Below, in pieces: positions 44,902 through 45,617 of a stretch of 45,617 bases of DNA; positions within the stretch are counted from its first letter, which is position 1; each line of letters begins with the position of its first letter. The translations under genes and the position numbers were made by a program. Source of the DNA: an uncultured Pirellulales bacterium. GTDB taxonomy: Bacteria; Planctomycetota; Phycisphaerae; Sedimentisphaerales; CAYZTY01. The notes beneath the pieces were generated by a model. The model searched no databases. It had not been told where the DNA came from and saw only the letters and a list, made by a program, of their open reading frames with translations. Location of the stretch: contig CAYZTY010000004.1 in NCBI GenBank assembly GCA_964481525.1, forward strand, positions 1 through 45,617. The letters are read 5' to 3'.

Positions 44902-45617
44902 TAAAAAATTATTTTTACTTGTTCTATGCTGTTCTTTTTTAGTATTAATTGCGGGTCTGACTTCTGTGCTCTGCCTGGGTGATGAGGTGTCGCACTTTCG
45001 TTTTGCAAAAGCTATCTGCAATACCGGCAACCGTGTAGCTTTTGACCCTTTATATGACAATAGAAGTCCGTTGGGTTATTTTTATAAAAGCGCCCCTCTC
45101 TGGCATGTACTATTGGCATTGCTTTGGAGATTATTTGGTACTATATCTTTTTCTATTGCGCAAGTTTATCATACTGTTTACTATATACTGTTGATATTAT
45201 TTACATATTTCTTAGGAAAAGAACTCTATGGAGAAAGCCAAGGGTTGTATTCTGCTTTAATCGTTGCAACTATTCCCAGCATCGCTGCTTTTAGTGTGTT
45301 ATTTTACTTGGATATTCCCGCCACCAGTTTAAGCATATTATGTTTGTTGTTAATTGTTAAAAGAAAATTTCTATGGTCGGGAGTAGTACTGGGATTAATG
45401 TATCTTACAAAAAGGAATACATGCTTTTTTGTCCCTTCTTTTTTCTTTTTGATACTTTATCAATCTGAAGCTGGCGTCAGGGAAAAGCTTAAGAATCTCT
45501 TCTACTTTTCTGTTCCTGCTTTTTTATTCATATTGCTCGATTTTTTGTGGCGAGAAAATAATCTTAAGTCATTTGCTGTAGTAGATGGTGGCGTTGTGCT
45601 GCGAAGCGGCGGCACTT
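44894..45617 (+). CDS. polytopic membrane protein, GT-C (ArnT/PMT-like) glycosyltransferase-like, 3' truncated by the window edge
   Basis: The frame is open from GTG 44894 to the window end (241 codons, not in the ORF track). It has multiple TM helices and an early GDEVSHF (DE-type loop motif of GT-C enzymes). The start overlaps the upstream stop. Confidence 0.45.
   Translation, partial: MINKKLFLLVLCCSFLVLIAGLTSVLCLGDEVSHFRFAKAICNTGNRVAFDPLYDNRSPLGYFYKSAPLWHVLLALLWRLFGTISFSIAQVYHTVYYILLILFTYFLGKELYGESQGLYSALIVATIPSIAAFSVLFYLDIPATSLSILCLLLIVKRKFLWSGVVLGLMYLTKRNTCFFVPSFFFLILYQSEAGVREKLKNLFYFSVPAFLFILLDFLWRENNLKSFAVVDGGVVLRSGGT

Overview
This 45.6 kb window is a chromosomal segment from a mid-GC, diderm bacterium. 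A very long SecA, an Rnf complex and LptE/BamD-like genes suggest a PVC/Planctomycetota-like anaerobe, but taxonomy cannot be proven from the sequence alone.

Most of the window is housekeeping:
- a translationally coupled operon (CDP-alcohol phosphatidyltransferase, MenA-like prenyltransferase, CcsB, CcsA)
- a Xer-like tyrosine recombinase and a degenerate receiver protein
- secA, efp, rnr, rpsT, a TPR protein, glyA, a Nudix-like gene, small membrane proteins, csp and a Gfo/Idh/MocA oxidoreductase
- a complete RseC-like plus rnfCDGEAB cluster with a convergent apbE
- a B12/radical-SAM gene, a LOG-family gene, nth, dsbD, ftsH and LptE-like and BamD-like genes
- a visibly lower-GC surface-polysaccharide cluster (flippase, GT2, DegT aminotransferase, methyltransferase, acetyltransferase, GT-C-like)

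No rRNA, tRNA or CRISPR was recognised.

The most unusual signal is the ORF-free 615 bp between the receiver-like gene and the recombinase gene (6447-7061). It holds a tandem array of about 115-130 nt modules built on a conserved 24-nt core, with two helices supported by compensatory changes. One inverted copy of the motif sits in a GC hairpin about 85 bp upstream of the recombinase start. This could be a multi-copy structured RNA or a set of hairpin recombination sites.

Other points worth a second look:
- a five-fold internal module expansion in SecA
- a 70-nt run of phased heptads between rnfA and rnfB
- two small low-GC islets between convergent genes (HEPN remnant and BSP-like peptidase; homing-endonuclease-repeat nuclease)
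- a roughly 0.9 kb ORF-poor, purine/GGA-rich leader ahead of the polysaccharide cluster
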